Shown here in pieces: positions 37,170 through 50,905 of a stretch of 64,000 nt of DNA. Location of the stretch: the NCBI RefSeq assembly GCF_036321535.1, contig NC_087437.1, forward strand, positions 57,476,001 to 57,540,000. Direction: 5' to 3'. A program made the translations under genes and the position numbers. The notes under the pieces were generated by a model that searched no databases, was not told the origin of the DNA, and saw only the letters and a program-made list of their open reading frames with translations. Origin of the DNA: Camelus dromedarius (lineage: Eukaryota). Numbering within the stretch: the first letter of the stretch is position 1; every line of letters begins with the position of its first letter.

Positions 37170-37512
37170 GTTGTGAGACTCAGAAAAGCCAATTAAAATT
37201 AGCTGATTTGGCTTGGAGGAAAACATTTTGTTATCCTCTGCTTCTTCCTTCTGCCATCATGGAATGCAGATGTAATGGCTAGAATTTCAGCAGCCATCTT
37301 GAACCAAGAGGTAATGAAAGCTATCACTGAGGGTGGAAAAGCAGGAAAATAGAAACCTGGGTCCCTAGCATCCTCTGAATCCTATGCCAGCTATGACTGT
37401 ATACCTTCAGACCATTTTTATGTAACAGACATAAACCTCAATCTTATTTAAACCACTAGTGTTATGAATTTCTGTTGTTACATTACAGTGAAAATTAATC
37501 CTAACTGACACA
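37170..37512 (+). mobile_element. MaLR LTR fragment (MLT1J/I-like)
   Basis: tggaatgcagatgtaatggctagaatttcagcagccatcttga...aaacctgggtccct...tcttatttaaaccact...aatcctaactgacaca. Confidence 0.75.
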
Positions 37513-37624
37513 TATCATATCAAAATACAACATATTCTTGTCTACATGAGTTGTCAGGGTAAGAAAGTATAAAATGAATTAAGGAGAAATGTTCTATCAT
37601 TCTGAATTTTCTAGTTTGACAGAT

Positions 37625-37870
37625 AATGATGATGAGAATAAGAATATCCCCTCACATGAGGACAGGACTTTAGAGATAGGAACTTTTCCATCCATGACCA
37701 CATTTAATCCTTGATGTAATTTGTGATAAAGCAGCAGGATTTCTTTTCACCATGTCAACAGATGATGGAATTAAAACTCAGAGTGACCTGCCCAAGGTCA
37801 AACAACTGCAATTGAGGGAGTTAGAAAATCAAACCCTGTGACTTATAATTTATCGCTTTTCTGCTGATAA
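37625..37870 (-). mobile_element. MIR
   Basis: catttaatcctt...acagatgatggaattaaaactcagagtgacctgcccaaggtca. Confidence 0.7.
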
Positions 37871-38004
37871 CTTGCAGGTTCTATATGAAACACGAAGATT
37901 CGTCACATTGTTATATGCTATTAATTACCTGATTTACTTATATGAGCTTTTTTCAGAGGAAATAAAAAAGATTTGGCTTCAGGAGTTTTCCACCAGTCTT
38001 CTGT

Positions 38005-38566
38005 TTTGGTCATGTTGGAGTAACAGTGAGTAGACTTACCATCCCACCTTAAACAACCCAAAACCAGACAATGGTTTTCAGGCAATACAGGGAACAGCTA
38101 TCATCCTTTGAAAGAAGGGAAATAAATATGGTGAGCATTACCATCCCTCCAGAAAGAAGTTTCTAGGCAGCAGCACAGAAAAGAAGAACCTGGATGGCCC
38201 ACTGACTCACAGAGTTGAGAAAACAGAAATTGGAGTTCAGAGAACCAAGTGGCTGTAACTCCAGGGCAGAGCACCACAGAAGAAGACGAAAACTATAAAT
38301 TTCTGCACCGCCCCTAAGTATCTGGATGGATACTGACCTGCATGTACGTGAGAGGAAACTACCTAAGGCTAGGGAAAGAACCACTAGAAACAATTCTTGG
38401 CGCTCATACAGAGCTAGGAGGAGTTCATGTTCCCACACATCAGAATGGAAGGACCTGGTAATGCAACAGGTTTTGGAAAGAGCTCTAAGAAGGGAATCAC
38501 TATGTATATTTTCATGTTAATAACATTCTGGAAAAGTCAACACTACAGTCTTAGAAAACAGATGGA
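38005..38566 (+). mobile_element. Old L1 5' UTR fragment (L1MC/L1MD-like) followed by a short L1 3' piece
   Basis: cagaaattggagttcagaga, ctgacctgcatgtacgtgagaggaaactacctaaggctagggaaagaacc; then aacattctggaaaagtcaacactacag. Confidence 0.6.
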
Positions 38567-38664
38567 AGAATGGACACTATAGCCATCCAGGACTTCACAA
38601 GGCTGAACACAGATGACAGCTGCAGTACTTCTGCCTAACTTTGGTATCTATCAAAAAGAATTAC

Positions 38665-39495
38665 CCAAATAATTACTAGTCACTCTTTCTGAACCAAGCA
38701 CTATTCTATATATTGGGGTACAGCAAAGAAGGGAGATAAAACTCTCTGTCCTCATGGGCTTTGTATTTTGGCAGAGAGTAGAAAGGAGGTCATAAATGCA
38801 ATAAATGTTATATTGAAGGAAGTAAGGGCTATTAAATTATTAATTAAAAAGTATAAATGGGGGTAAAGTCTTCGGCTATGTTGAGGGGGGCGGTCATACA
38901 ATTTTAATTGGTTCATAGATTCATCACAGCAGATGAGACCAAAGCCCAGAGATGTGGCCCAACATGGCTGGAGAGAAATAAGCAAAGAAAGCAACAAAGA
39001 GATGAAGTCAGAAACACAGCAAGGGATCAGATCCTCCAAGGTCAATGCAAAGATGTCTGCTTTTTAGTGAAAAGGGGAAACCCTGCAGAGTTTAAAGCAG
39101 AGATACATCATGATGTCCCATATACTTTGAAAAGATACTCAGGCTGCTGTTTGGATTAGGGTCCAATAAGGTAATGGTAGAAACTGGAAGACCAGTTAGT
39201 AGGCTACTACAATATTCCACAGGAGAGCTGCTGACGGTTTGAACTGTGGACAAAGTGAGAAGTCATCAGATTATGCTTATAGTTGAAAAAAGAAAGCCCT
39301 GAGAGTTTCCTAACAGATTATATGTGGGATATTAAAGAAGAGAGAAGTCAAAGATGGTTTCTAAACTCCAACTGTGGCCAGTCGGTTTGTTTTTTAATCA
39401 CCTGGAAGTGTAAGCTAGCCATTAACTGAAAAGGAGAAGACAGTGGATTGAGTGTCTCTGGGACAGAAGATTAATTCTGGACCTGGGAAATCAGT
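38665..39495 (-). mobile_element. L2a-like fragment
   Basis: ccaagcactattcta..ctctgtcctcatgggctt, tttgaaaagatactcaggctgctgt, gaagaccagttagtaggctactacaatattcca, gagagaagtcaaagatg. Confidence 0.8.
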
Positions 39496-41119
39496 GACAG
39501 CTGAGTTAGTGATGCCACAAACTCTACTTCAAAAAGAAATTCTATAAAAAGTATATAAGATCTGCTGCATGGTAATGTCTAAGTGCTTAAAAAAATTCAC
39601 AACACAAAATCTTTTTTTTTCTTTCCAAAGAACATAATAAACCCTACATAACTGCATATTTCAAAAGAAAGAGGAAAACACAAAAGTTTAGGCTCTTGCT
39701 GCAAAGCGAAGTCTCCCACGTTAGACACAGGAACATTAAACAGCCTACGGTGTTCCCCCAAATAGCCCATTGTGTGACTTGAACAACATGGATTTGCAAT
39801 TTAACTTCTGTTTTGCCTAACTTCTGTTGTAAAAGCATCCTCTTGGTGTTGCAACACTGTCGTTTATGTGGACTTGCACAGCAGGGCCTACCTTTAAATA
39901 CTGCGATCTCAGGCAAGCGGGTGCTCTCTGCATCACTTACTTGGTTGAGAGCTGCTGGGTTGTTTTCATGATTAAGAGTTATTCTTTCACAGCCAATAAA
40001 AACAGGAAGGTTATAGAGTCATGAGATTTAGATTTGGAAACAAAGACACTAATCAGCTAGATTGTCCTTTGACAGATGTGGAAACTGAGGCTTGGAATAG
40101 GGAAGAAATTTGCCATAAATTTCTAGGTCTGATTTAACTCAGCCAGTTGCTCTCAAGAAAGAATGTATGTACGTGTGTTACGGAAACATGGTGTGGGGAG
40201 GAGAATGGCTTTGTTCAAACCACTTGTTATTTTGAAGACTGTAGGTGACAAGAAATAGTTCTTGCTGCTGTCTGCTCCCTGCCCCCTTTCCCTCACTGCT
40301 TGAAAATGCAGTGGACTGGGCCAGTAATTTACAGTGCGATTTGCACAGTTAAAACGAAGGTTTCTGTTCGAGACCATTAAAATCAAAGGTCACATTTAAT
40401 ACCAACCTTTCATCCTGCCTGGACTCAGAGCAGTTTCAGGATGTGTCATTTAAAAGTCATAAATAATGTGCCTCCTTTGTGGCATCCTGGAGGCTGTTAA
40501 TCTCTCCTTTCAGATTTTCTTCAACACTAAAACTCACAGAAATGGAGAATTTAAGGGGAAAAAAAGGAAGGAAAGAAAAAGAAAAAAGGATAACTTAGCA
40601 ATTTCTATGAAGGATTTCAAACCTGGTCCTTGAGCTTTGGTGGGGATAAGATGGTTCATATCAATGATGCAGAATATAAAGAGGAATAGAGAAACCAATG
40701 CTCTGTCTGCCGTGGCAACTGCTCGTTAGAGCTGTGTGCTCTGCCTGAGTCCCGGAAGCTCTATGATACCAAGAGTTTTTAATTCCACGTTCTCCCTCCA
40801 GTGTTACCTGCCAGGATATGATGTGTTCATCCTTAATCAATGTCAAAAATTCCATAGAAGAAGGTTCCACACAGAATATTCTTACCCTTCTAGCAAGGAA
40901 ATGCCAAATGCTGTCACTCTCCCATCTTCCTTCAAAGCACAGCTTTCCCAGTGAGCCGAAGCCAGAGCAGAAAGTGCGCCTCCCACTCTCTTTAGAAGCT
41001 GCATTTGTAGTCAGTGGGGAGCTCTGCATAAATCGGGAGAGGAATCACCCTTTGAAAAGGGAACCCTTTTGTGTGTTTGGAATCCTACCTCCAATAAGAA
41101 TATCCTCCGGCAAGAATTA

Positions 41120-41320
41120 TTAAGCTCTTGTATTTATTTTATTTCTTCATGTATAAATATCCACCTCATTTCATCTGCAAAGGTAAGTATGATGATGCCG
41201 CTTTCGCGATATTGAAACAGTTTTCAGTTAAGTTTCGATTTACCCGAGATCACTCAGCTTGGAAGGGACAAGACCAGGTTGGAGGTCCAGTTTAGCTCTC
41301 ATTTTACTACATGCTGACCT
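41120..41320 (-). mobile_element. MIR fragment
   Basis: aaggtaagtatgatgatgccgc...gatttacccgagatcactcagct. Confidence 0.5.
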
Positions 41321-41799
41321 CTTCATCTAAGGAACTTATAATATCTATTAAGGACTTTATGTCCTAAAGAACTGACATTAAATATGACAGCAGCCATGTC
41401 TCTCTGTGTCCCAATAGACAGATAGAACACTGCTCAAGGCTACCTCGAGATCATGTGATACAACCAAAACATCCCCAATTTAATGTGACTACCTCTCAAT
41501 CAATTGGATGTTCACTGTCCATTTATTCCAAGGAGGCTTCTAGTTCCCCTGATTATTGTGGAGGCTGTGGCCATGTGAGCTCAGCCTGGTCTCCAAGACA
41601 CAGCCTGGGACTGAAGAACTTCTTAGGGAGCAGGGCAGAATAAACCCAGGTCAAGGAAAGGGAGTGGCGTATTTCCTTAAACAGTTACCTTTCTCCCTGT
41701 GTGTCAATGTAACTTACAAATATTATGATGCATGTTATGAGACTGTCAAACTCTTAATTAGGTCATTTCTCAATCTGCAGGATGCACTTTCTTCAATGG

Positions 41800-42007
41800 A
41801 AATAATAGCGATCAAGCATTTACATGATTGCACATCATGCTTCACAAGCATTTTCTAATTCTCTTTTGTTTATTCTTCACCATAACCATGTGAGATCAAT
41901 GCTATCTTCATTTTACTGATGAGGAAGTTAAGGATCAGAAAAGGCAAAACATTTACCCAATATTTCAGATTTAATAAGTGAGAGAAGCTGGAATCAAAGC
42001 TAAGATT
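41800..42007 (-). mobile_element. MIR
   Basis: attcttcaccataaccatgtgagat...cattttactgatgaggaagttaagg...taagtgagagaagctggaatcaaa. Confidence 0.7.
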
Positions 42008-43544
42008 AATAATGAAAGGTAACAGTGAATCTCTGAGCAAGCACACTAACTTTCATCCACAAATCTTGGTGTGTTAGACTTCCTTTATTTGCAAATGCTC
42101 TTTTTGGGGAGAGGCGACGATGCTGCAAAATAGTTTTGCTAGAGGAAGATCTGGAATGAGGGGAAGCATCTGCACAGAGCCCGCATCATCACGCAGCACA
42201 CACGCTTGTAATAACAGAAGGAAAAGGAGCTCTAACTACAGACTGGCTTCCAGTTCATTCCCATTTTCCTGTGTTCCAAGTGGTTGTTATGATTAAGCAA
42301 CTCACCTGAGACTGAAAACCAACATAGAGAAAGGGAGTTGGTAACTGACTTGTTAAAACCTATTAAAACTGTCAAATCATAAGCAACGTAAGCAAATCAT
42401 AAGCAATCATAAGCATCGTTAGATTATTCAGCTTGAAGTGGGGTCAAATGGCCAAACAGTTGTCTTAAATATCAATGTGAGGACAAAGCTAAATAGCATA
42501 GATAGTTGTGACCAGGTAAGACTGGTGAGAAAGAAATGACTTTAGGATCTTTTGTTCTATAAAGAACAATATTTGCCAATTAGAATTTAGTAGTATGAGA
42601 ACAATTTCTTTGAATACCTTCCCCTGTAATCCAGATCCCGTCACAGGAATGAAGAACTTATTCTTCAGCAGCTGAGAGCACTGCTGGCAGAAACTCCTCA
42701 TGTTCTCAGTTCCCCCAAATCCACTGAAGGTTCAGAGTTGCCTTACCCAAGGTCACGGCCCTTAGCACCACAACTGATGGACTTCACATGGCAATATTTC
42801 ATCAGAATAGTTAAGTTTCCTCACTATTCATTAGCCATGGCATTGGGCCCTAAACTTAAGTGCTTGACTCACAGTTATACGGGCCTTGAGGCCAAAATAA
42901 AACCCAATAAGTGAAGACTACTTACTGCTGGGACCTACGTCCCAACACTGGTTGATTTGCATCTATTCTCTCTTAGCAGGTCTCCAATTACGAGGCTCTC
43001 ACTGCCTCCCCCATAGCTTGGGGCAATCTTCAGATAGCTTATGTTGCTCTCCCTTAATTCCTTCAAAATCTTTTTCCCCTACAGAGGAGATTCTGCAATT
43101 TTTTGTTTTATTCCTTAAAGTTATATAAAACAAACCCAACACTTTGATATAATTCTTTGACTACACAAAACTGGCTTTCTAGTTCCCTAAAAACTTCATC
43201 TAACATTCTCAGATTTGTTTAATCTTTCCTCACAGGACTTAATTTAAGACTCCTCCCCAGTCTGCTGGCCTCTTCTGTATGCATCCCACTTTCTTATTGT
43301 CAGTATTAGAATAAATATGGTCATGATTCATTTGTGTCACAAGTACTTGACTTTCTACAAAGTACAAAGCAGTATGCTAGACCCTGTGAATAAAGTCCAC
43401 AAGGGGCTCAGAGTCTACAGTAAGTTTAAAAAATTTTACTCTCCTCCCTGAAACCAATTTTTCAGGCAATGGTTACAAAGACACTGCACTGTATTATTAC
43501 ATCCTGTGGCAGAATAACCCTCATTTTTCCTACATAAAATCTGT

Positions 43545-43700
43545 AATTGATCTCCTCTCAATCTTCAAGACTGTCATTTTGAGGTGAGAAAACTGAGGCA
43601 CAGAGAAATGCAGTATTTGTTTAATCTGCTACAGAAAGTGTATAGCAGATGTGGACGTAAACTCTGGTTTCCAAGCCATCACTTCACTTCACTTCACAAT
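43545..43700 (-). mobile_element. MIR fragment
   Basis: tcattttgaggtgagaaaactgaggcacagagaaat. Confidence 0.65.
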
Positions 43701-43881
43701 AATGTTTTCTTTGACTGCATTGGGTGGTAAATGTTTTAATAATTGAATATTAAGGGTGTGACAAGATGAATTCATTGAAGCAGATAATTTGATGTTTCTA
43801 ATTGTGTTTGTTTTATTTCATAATCTGTGTGTCAAGGAAACCACGTTTACTGAGTGGTACTCATCACACATTAAGAACAGA

Positions 43882-44125
43882 GGGGGACAACGGTGAAGAA
43901 AATTTGCTTTAAATCAGACAGACTTGGGTTCAAATTATCATCCAGGTACTTACTAGCTTCCTGACACTGAGCAAATCACTACTCTTGGCCTCAGTTTCCT
44001 CATTCCTTATAAGCTTATTCTGAGGGTAAAATGAGTTAGTACGTGCAACACATATAAAACGGCGCCCAACACAGTAAGCGCTACATGAGTGTCTGCCGAT
44101 GCTTTTGTGTTGTTATTGTCATTTT
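43882..44125 (+). mobile_element. Near full-length MIR
   Basis: tcagacagacttgggttcaaat...tgagcaaatcact..gcctcagtttcctcat...gcccaacacagtaagcgct. Confidence 0.8.
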
Positions 44126-44929
44126 TTCTAGACTCAAGACATAACTTTTTCCACACTTGACACAAGTTCAGTTTTAACTGTCATTCTTTTCTCTTGATAC
44201 CAGCCAGCCATCAATATCAAGCCAAAGCAAAGGAACCTATCACAAGGGCAGAAGTGGGCACAGGAGTTTGTTATTGTGAGCAAATGCTCTCCACTTGTGA
44301 CAATATAAACAAGTCAAAGAAAGCACAGGGTCCTGTGCAACAGCTGTGGGCATGTCTCAATGACTATTAAGTCTTTTTGCCCTCATTTTTAAAATGCCTT
44401 TACTAATAACATATAATTAAGCCTTAGTATTTTTTAAGGAAAAGAGATAAAGTCAAATTTAAAGATATTTTTCTAAATGGCTTTGCTATAAATTCTGTAA
44501 ACATACACAATGTGTCTAGTTCTTTTTCCAGTCTTATTTTTAAAGGATCAAGGTCTGATTATTTCTACCAGTAATATACAACTCGGGACATATTAATGAG
44601 TCCTGGCCAATATTCTATGTCAGGAAACCATACTGCATTAATAGATCTAAAAAGTGAAATTTATACAGATAAATGGAAAACACTAAATGTGAGTGTCTTG
44701 TGGGGGAGTATTTGTGATATGCAGGGAACACACGAAAAGGAAATAATGGCATTTTGGGGGCCAGTTAATCTGGATGATACAATTCATGGCTGCATATACA
44801 AGGTACTTTGACTAAAAATAGATAAAGGTAGGAAAAAGAAAGTGTTTTTTTAAAATAAAAATTTTATTTTGGACAGTATTAAACTTTGACTGCTGGATGT
44901 GCTCACATTTAAAAAGTTACACATACATA

Positions 44930-46440
44930 CTCAAATCTATGATCACAGTCCAAAGTCACCTTCCAGGTCCTGGCCCTGCATTTCAGCTGTCTGTTGTGTG
45001 CCTAAGCTAGATGTCACACCTCGTCATCAAGCTGGTTTATACACAGATTTGCTTTATTTGGACAATGCAATGTTATAAAATTAGAAAAGTTTACATGATA
45101 TTCAAATTTTTAAATTCTTACTTATCAGAAGATGTGACAAGTGGTTTTCATAACCATTGGGATCACCTGAGAAATGAACCTAAGGGAAAAAAAGCCGTCT
45201 TGGATTGTTTCATAGATGTGGTATGAGCCCAGGTATTGGGACACTTTTACCTTCCGGAACATTTAGCTCGAGCACGGAATAGTAAAATTCCTCAAAGTAG
45301 TTGACTAGCAACATCAACATCACCTTGGAATACGTTAGAAATGCAAATTATCAGGCCACACACAGACCTACACAATGTTCTTTTAACAAGAAACTCTGAG
45401 AGCAGGAAGAATGTCCTCCAGCCAGCATCAAAGACCCTCCAGGACCTGGTTCCCTGTCGATCTTCCTACCTCTTCTCTTCCATCCACTTCTCTTTCAACC
45501 TTAAACTCGGAGTTTTACCGAGCCTTCCAGGTGATTCTGGTGCACCCTCAACTCCTGCACTGTAACATAGATCCCACAGATCTCTACTGGTTTTTGTAGC
45601 TTGTCTGCACTTAATTAAGTGACCTACCTTGTACATTAGTTTGCATTTGAAGACCCCTAACTGAGTTAACTACCATTTTCCTATACCGAATCTTTCTGTT
45701 TGTATTTATAACAGATAAATGTAAATTTCCTGTTTCAGATTTGGACAAAAAGGACACCAACCAAGCTTCAGGCATCATTTTCCTTTCTGGTGCTAATGCT
45801 ACCCTCTCAGTATTACTCACAAACATTCTTTCTTTACAGTCCCACTGCTGCTTTCCAGTTCAGCTCTTATTACTTCCTATCTTCACGACTGAAACTGTTT
45901 CCTAACTAGCTTCCCTGCCTCTAGGACCTACTCACTCCAATCCATCACATATACTGCTGGCAGTTTAATCTTCCTACAGTGCAAGCCAGGTCATAAACTC
46001 CCTCAGCTCCGAAATCCTCAATGACTCACCATTGAGTAAGTTCCATCTACTATGGCCAGCATCAAAGGCCCTCCATGACCTGGTTCCTGCCTACCTTCCT
46101 GCACCTTTCTCTCACCATCCCACTTCTCTTCCAACCTTAAACTCTAAATGATTTACCATCCCTTAAAATTTCCTACTCCGTATTTATTTTTAACACTGTC
46201 TTACCTTATGCTTTCCTTCCACTTGGATTGTCCAAATTTCATCTTTTGTTAACTACTCCAAATTTTTATCACATTGTAACCGTCTCAAACATTAATTCCC
46301 CCTGAAGTCTTCCCTGATCATCAAATTGAAAGGTTTTACCTAATCTATCCTACTTCAGGTTTTCATCCCTCTCCTCATACATCCATCACTTGATGTACTG
46401 AGATACACACACAATACATATTCCCAGTCAGTCAGGAACT
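44930..46440 (+). mobile_element. Long L2 fragment interrupted by DNA-transposon remnants
   Basis: actcaaatctatgatcacagtcc; cccactgctgctttccagttcagctcttattacttcct; cctaactagcttccctgcctct; ctccaatccatc; aaggccctccatgacctggttcctgcctacc. Confidence 0.75.
45285..45570 (+). mobile_element. MER5A-like MITE split by a ~130-bp insertion
   Basis: agcaacatcaacatcaccttggaatacgttagaaatgcaaattatcaggcc...ttttaacaag | insert | gccttccaggtgattctggtgcac. Confidence 0.7.
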
Positions 46441-49330
46441 AGCCTGCATCTACTCAGTGAACAAAAGATTAATAATTGTCTTCTATGAACTAAGAACTAT
46501 GCTAAGCTCTAGATGATTGGTAAATATATTGGTTCAATGAATAAGCAATATCCTAAAAATCTAGACACAGATATGTTTTCAAAAAGTTCCTTTAAAGGAT
46601 TAAAAGACAATTAGAAACATGGTATTTAATATTCCAATAGTTTAATGAAAAGGAAAATTTGGGAAACCTCTCCTTTCCATCTTCCAGGTGGTTCCCCTAT
46701 CATCACATTCTTTATCAGGTGAAATGAGACACAGTGAAGTCCTCTGGACATGTACCTTAAAACATCTTTGACCCAAGCATGTGAAAGACAAAGGAGCAAA
46801 TTAACACATTTACGTGATTCTATGAGATGATGAAGTGAAGGGACAATTATTGGTAATGGGATAAGACAGAGTCTTAGTCAAGCCAAGAGTTCGTCTACCT
46901 TTGGTGCTACTTGGATGCTATCATGAACATGCGATTTTCTGGATCCCCTCTTATTTGAGTAGGGGGAGGCTTTCTCTTTGATAAAACTCCAATCCCAACA
47001 CTAACTCCACTATTTTTACATGATTAGTATTTTTTTTCCTTCTAAACATCTTGCATGTTCCAGAGATCAGCCAATGGGAAAATTGTAACTAAGTTTAAAT
47101 GTTATGCTTTCCTAATAGTAATTAAAGTTTAATGGGGCTTGTTTCATGAGCCATAGACCTTACTCATGGGAGATTCCAGTGTGTCTGTGGGCATCATGAC
47201 AGCCCAGGGAGGTATTTGATATCTTTATGACACATCTCAAGCACCAGAGGTGTGAGAGAGTGAAAGAAATATCAAAAGCACAGGAACCAAGTGCCTAGGT
47301 CTTCAGAACATCATAAATGGCCCTTCAAATAACAAAATTTTAGATGAAGTGACTCAGGACAACTTAAAAGATGGAGCAAACTGGAAAAACAATGTGCATG
47401 GATAATATACAGAAAGAAATATAGTTCAAATTTTAGAAATCTAAAATTCTAATGCAATTTCAGGTCAACAAACATAAAATATCGGAAAATATATTACTAA
47501 GGTACTTGACAGCAATCCTTGTTTCCAGTGATGACTAACAGTATAAAGGTAGGATAAACAATTATAAAACAACAATTGTAATTTGAATACCATAAAGCTA
47601 CATGGTGTAAGAATTTGGAGAAATAAAACAAAAATAAAACACATAAACACAACAAAACAAAACAAGAGCAATACAGGTTAAAAAGGAAAGATAAAAGAAA
47701 TGTCTTTTCTTTTTGGTAAAAGAAAAAAAGATAGGCATTTGAAATGCCTAATAATTCAAACTTAATTTTGATCAGAAAAGGTGTAGTACAAAGAGAAATC
47801 ATAGAGGCAAAAAGAGAGAGAGAGAAATGCCAAGTGTGATGCACATTCAGGCGTTAATGATAAACTGGGACAGAATTTAAGTAAACTGAGAAAGGAAGTG
47901 GGAGATGGGACTGGAAAATCTGATGGGGCCACATTGAATAGGATGAGAATGTGGAAATAACTTAGTACTAACTGGGTAGGTGAAGGAAAATCAATGAAAG
48001 GCAGGTTTTTGTTCTCTTCAGATTAAAAAAAAAGACCCCGAGACACAATATTCATGATAACCACCTCTACTGGAGAGACTCAGATAAGGTTCTCTGGCTG
48101 AGAACAGCTCACTAGAACATCCAGTGGAGAATCAGCTTCCATATCAGATACCTTTGCGTTTATTGTGAAGATTTTATAAACTCCTTGGACATAATTATTC
48201 TTGACTTCCAGATTTCTTCTTTCAGTACTAAAACGTCAGCATCTGGGAACCCAATGGGAATAAATAATAACTGGTATTTGTTCTCATACACCATATTTTA
48301 CATTCCTTTAGTGCGGTGTTCCCTGGGGCCTAGAATTGGCAGATATTAACTGAACTGTGAAAATGTCTTTTCTTTTCTCTGTGCTAAAAGATAAAGAGGC
48401 TGTATCAACACATGATACTTTTATGGTATATGACACAGGCAAAAATTCAAAGGTATTTTTATGAGTACATTGGCTGGTACCTTTCAATTCATCCTGATAC
48501 AACAGGTTGGAAAATGTAAAATGTATTCAGTCAACCAGCTTGGCTCCTATTGTCACCAAAATGACTGCTCATTCTGGCTCTTTTTAAACACAGGCTGAAA
48601 CTCAACACACTTTCATTTATCTTTCCTGCAAAAATAACTAGGTATTTGAGCTCAGAAAAATAAATGTTGAATTAAGACTATATCTGCATCTTGATGCAGC
48701 TTAGAATCTCCTCCAGACATTTTTCCCTTTCTTTTCGGCTGGCTAGACCATCTTTCTTTCCTCCCTGTACATTCTGCGCTGCCTTCTGGCCATACTTTCC
48801 CTTAGAACAGAGGTAGGTAGCTTAGTGGAGTGAATCAAGATCATCAATATTTTCAGATCAAATAAAATCACATTAGAGGAATCTTGGAATTGTCTAAGAT
48901 GAAACCAGTTTCTAATAGCTTTGTACCTTCAACACATTTTACCCATCAAAGGCGCCTGAACACTGAATATTACAGGTTACCTAGGAAACTTACAGTGACT
49001 ACACTTAAAAACAACACAAAGCGCTCTTCTGAAGCAGAATGCATTTTTAAAAATTCTATTTTGGGAATGGTAAAAGAAATAGTTAACAAGTAAATATTCA
49101 CACACAGATTCTGTTCTATCTGGGTTTTCATTTTCACATTATTCTTTAGCTGCCTTCTATTTCTGCCACCAAGTTGCTCTTAAAATACAGAACTAAAGAA
49201 TACACTAATGGATCATGAGCAATCGTTTATGGTTTCTAATGTCAGGTCTGATGCAGTTCATGAGATCTAACCCTGGGTTCCTCTGATGATGTAATAAATA
49301 ATTTGTACGCTTTTAAAGCATTCATTAATT

Positions 49331-49460
49331 TAAGGTGACCATACATACAGTTTGCTTAGAACAGTCCTGGTTTTTGCCTGAAATTCTGGCAAAATTCTTA
49401 ATGGTGTCCCTTTACTTGAAAATTATCCAGGTTTGAATGATAATTTATATAGTTGCCTTA
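49331..49460 (+). mobile_element. MER94-like hAT-Blackjack MITE (inside an L2 remnant)
   Basis: taaggtgaccata...acagtcctggtttttgcctg...gataatttatatagttgcctta; imperfect TIRs. Confidence 0.75.
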
Positions 49461-50467
49461 ATTATCTATTATCTGCAAAATGTATTGAGGAACATAAAAT
49501 TGAACCAAGATAAAATCACTGTCTTCGAGGAGCTAAAAATGTAAAATCTAATCGAAGAACATAAAATGTAGCACACCATATTATTTACATTTACTACTCA
49601 AATAATATAATGCTGTCACATTATTCAGTATTACAAAGTGACAAAAATATTTTTTCCAAATCTTCTTGTCTACTGTAATAAATTGTTTCAAGAAGACACT
49701 TCTCCATAGCCCATAAAATGAAAAAAGATAAAATATATACAGAGTAGGTTGTTATGATTCTGCAAGCCCACAGCCGCTTGGTTAGCAACAAAATCAAGGT
49801 CACCTTGGCTCCAATCCTAAATCTACCACTGAGAGACTGCCTCAGGGTTGGGATTTTGTAAGATACTCTGAGAGTTGTTGCAGTGTTTTCTGAAATCCAA
49901 TTACCCAAGTCGATTATTACGACCAGGCAAACTGATATAGCATTTCTATATTTGCAAGGTGCAGTGCACAACACAGCTCAGCAAAAATGAGCCTGAAAAG
50001 TGCTTCTGGAGGATGATGATGGTGATCATGATGATAATGATGTAGAATCCCTTTCCTTTAAGTTTACATGTCTACTCTAGTCAGTTAAAAACAAACACAA
50101 AGGGACCCCAGCCCACAGTTGAAAGAAGGTATGTTTCTTTTCTTTTCTAGTAACCCTTGTTAGATATAGTAAATAAAAATTATATCTATGGCTTGGTAAA
50201 ATGAAGTGACATTTTAGGGTTCAGATCTCAATTCTGCCATCTTTTAGTTCCCTGTGCTTGACCCTCCAAGGTTAAGTTTCTCATTTTTATAATGAAAAAA
50301 ATTGTTAGAATGAAATGAAAATGAAAAATGTATAGTGTCCGGCATGATGCTGGTAAAACTTGAACCTGAATGTCAGTCCTCAACTGTACACAATCACCAG
50401 AGTAGTCAGGGTTAGTACTGCCAGTGAGGCTCTCGCAAGGACCCCTTCCTATGCTGGGAGGTTAGAG

Positions 50468-50615
50468 CAGGGGTTTTTCATCTCTAGCAGGTAAATGAAT
50501 CAGCTGACGTACTTGTTAAAATACATATTCCTAACCCCACACGCAGAATTCTGATCCTCTACATCTGGAAGAAGCCCCGGGACTTTTCATTTCTTATTAG
50601 CACCTGCCCGCCCTT
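50468..50615 (+). mobile_element. MER5-like MITE fragment
   Basis: gaatcagctgacgtacttgttaaaatacatattcctaacccc...attctgat. Confidence 0.55.
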
Positions 50616-50713
50616 TACCACAGAGCACACCTGCACAAATACAAATTAGAGGAAGTGAAGAAATGAAGCCCAGCGCAATCTCAAGGCTAAAATTCCACAT
50701 TAAAAAACACAGT

Positions 50714-50905
50714 ATAAAAGGGATAAACAACAAGCTTCTACTGTAGAGCACAGAGAACTATATCTAATACCTTACAGTAACCCATAATGAAAAAGAATTT
50801 GAAAAGGAATATACATATGTATATGTATGACTGAAGCATTATGTTGTATACTAGAAATTGACACAACATTGTAAACAGACTATGTTTCAATAAAAAAGAG
50901 AGAGA
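50714..50905 (+). mobile_element. Short camelid-type L1 3' end
   Basis: gataaacaacaagcttctactgtagagcacagagaactatat...agaaattgacacaacattgtaaacagactatgtttcaataaaaaa. Probable degenerate TSD aaaaaacacagt / aaaaaaaatagt. Confidence 0.85.
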
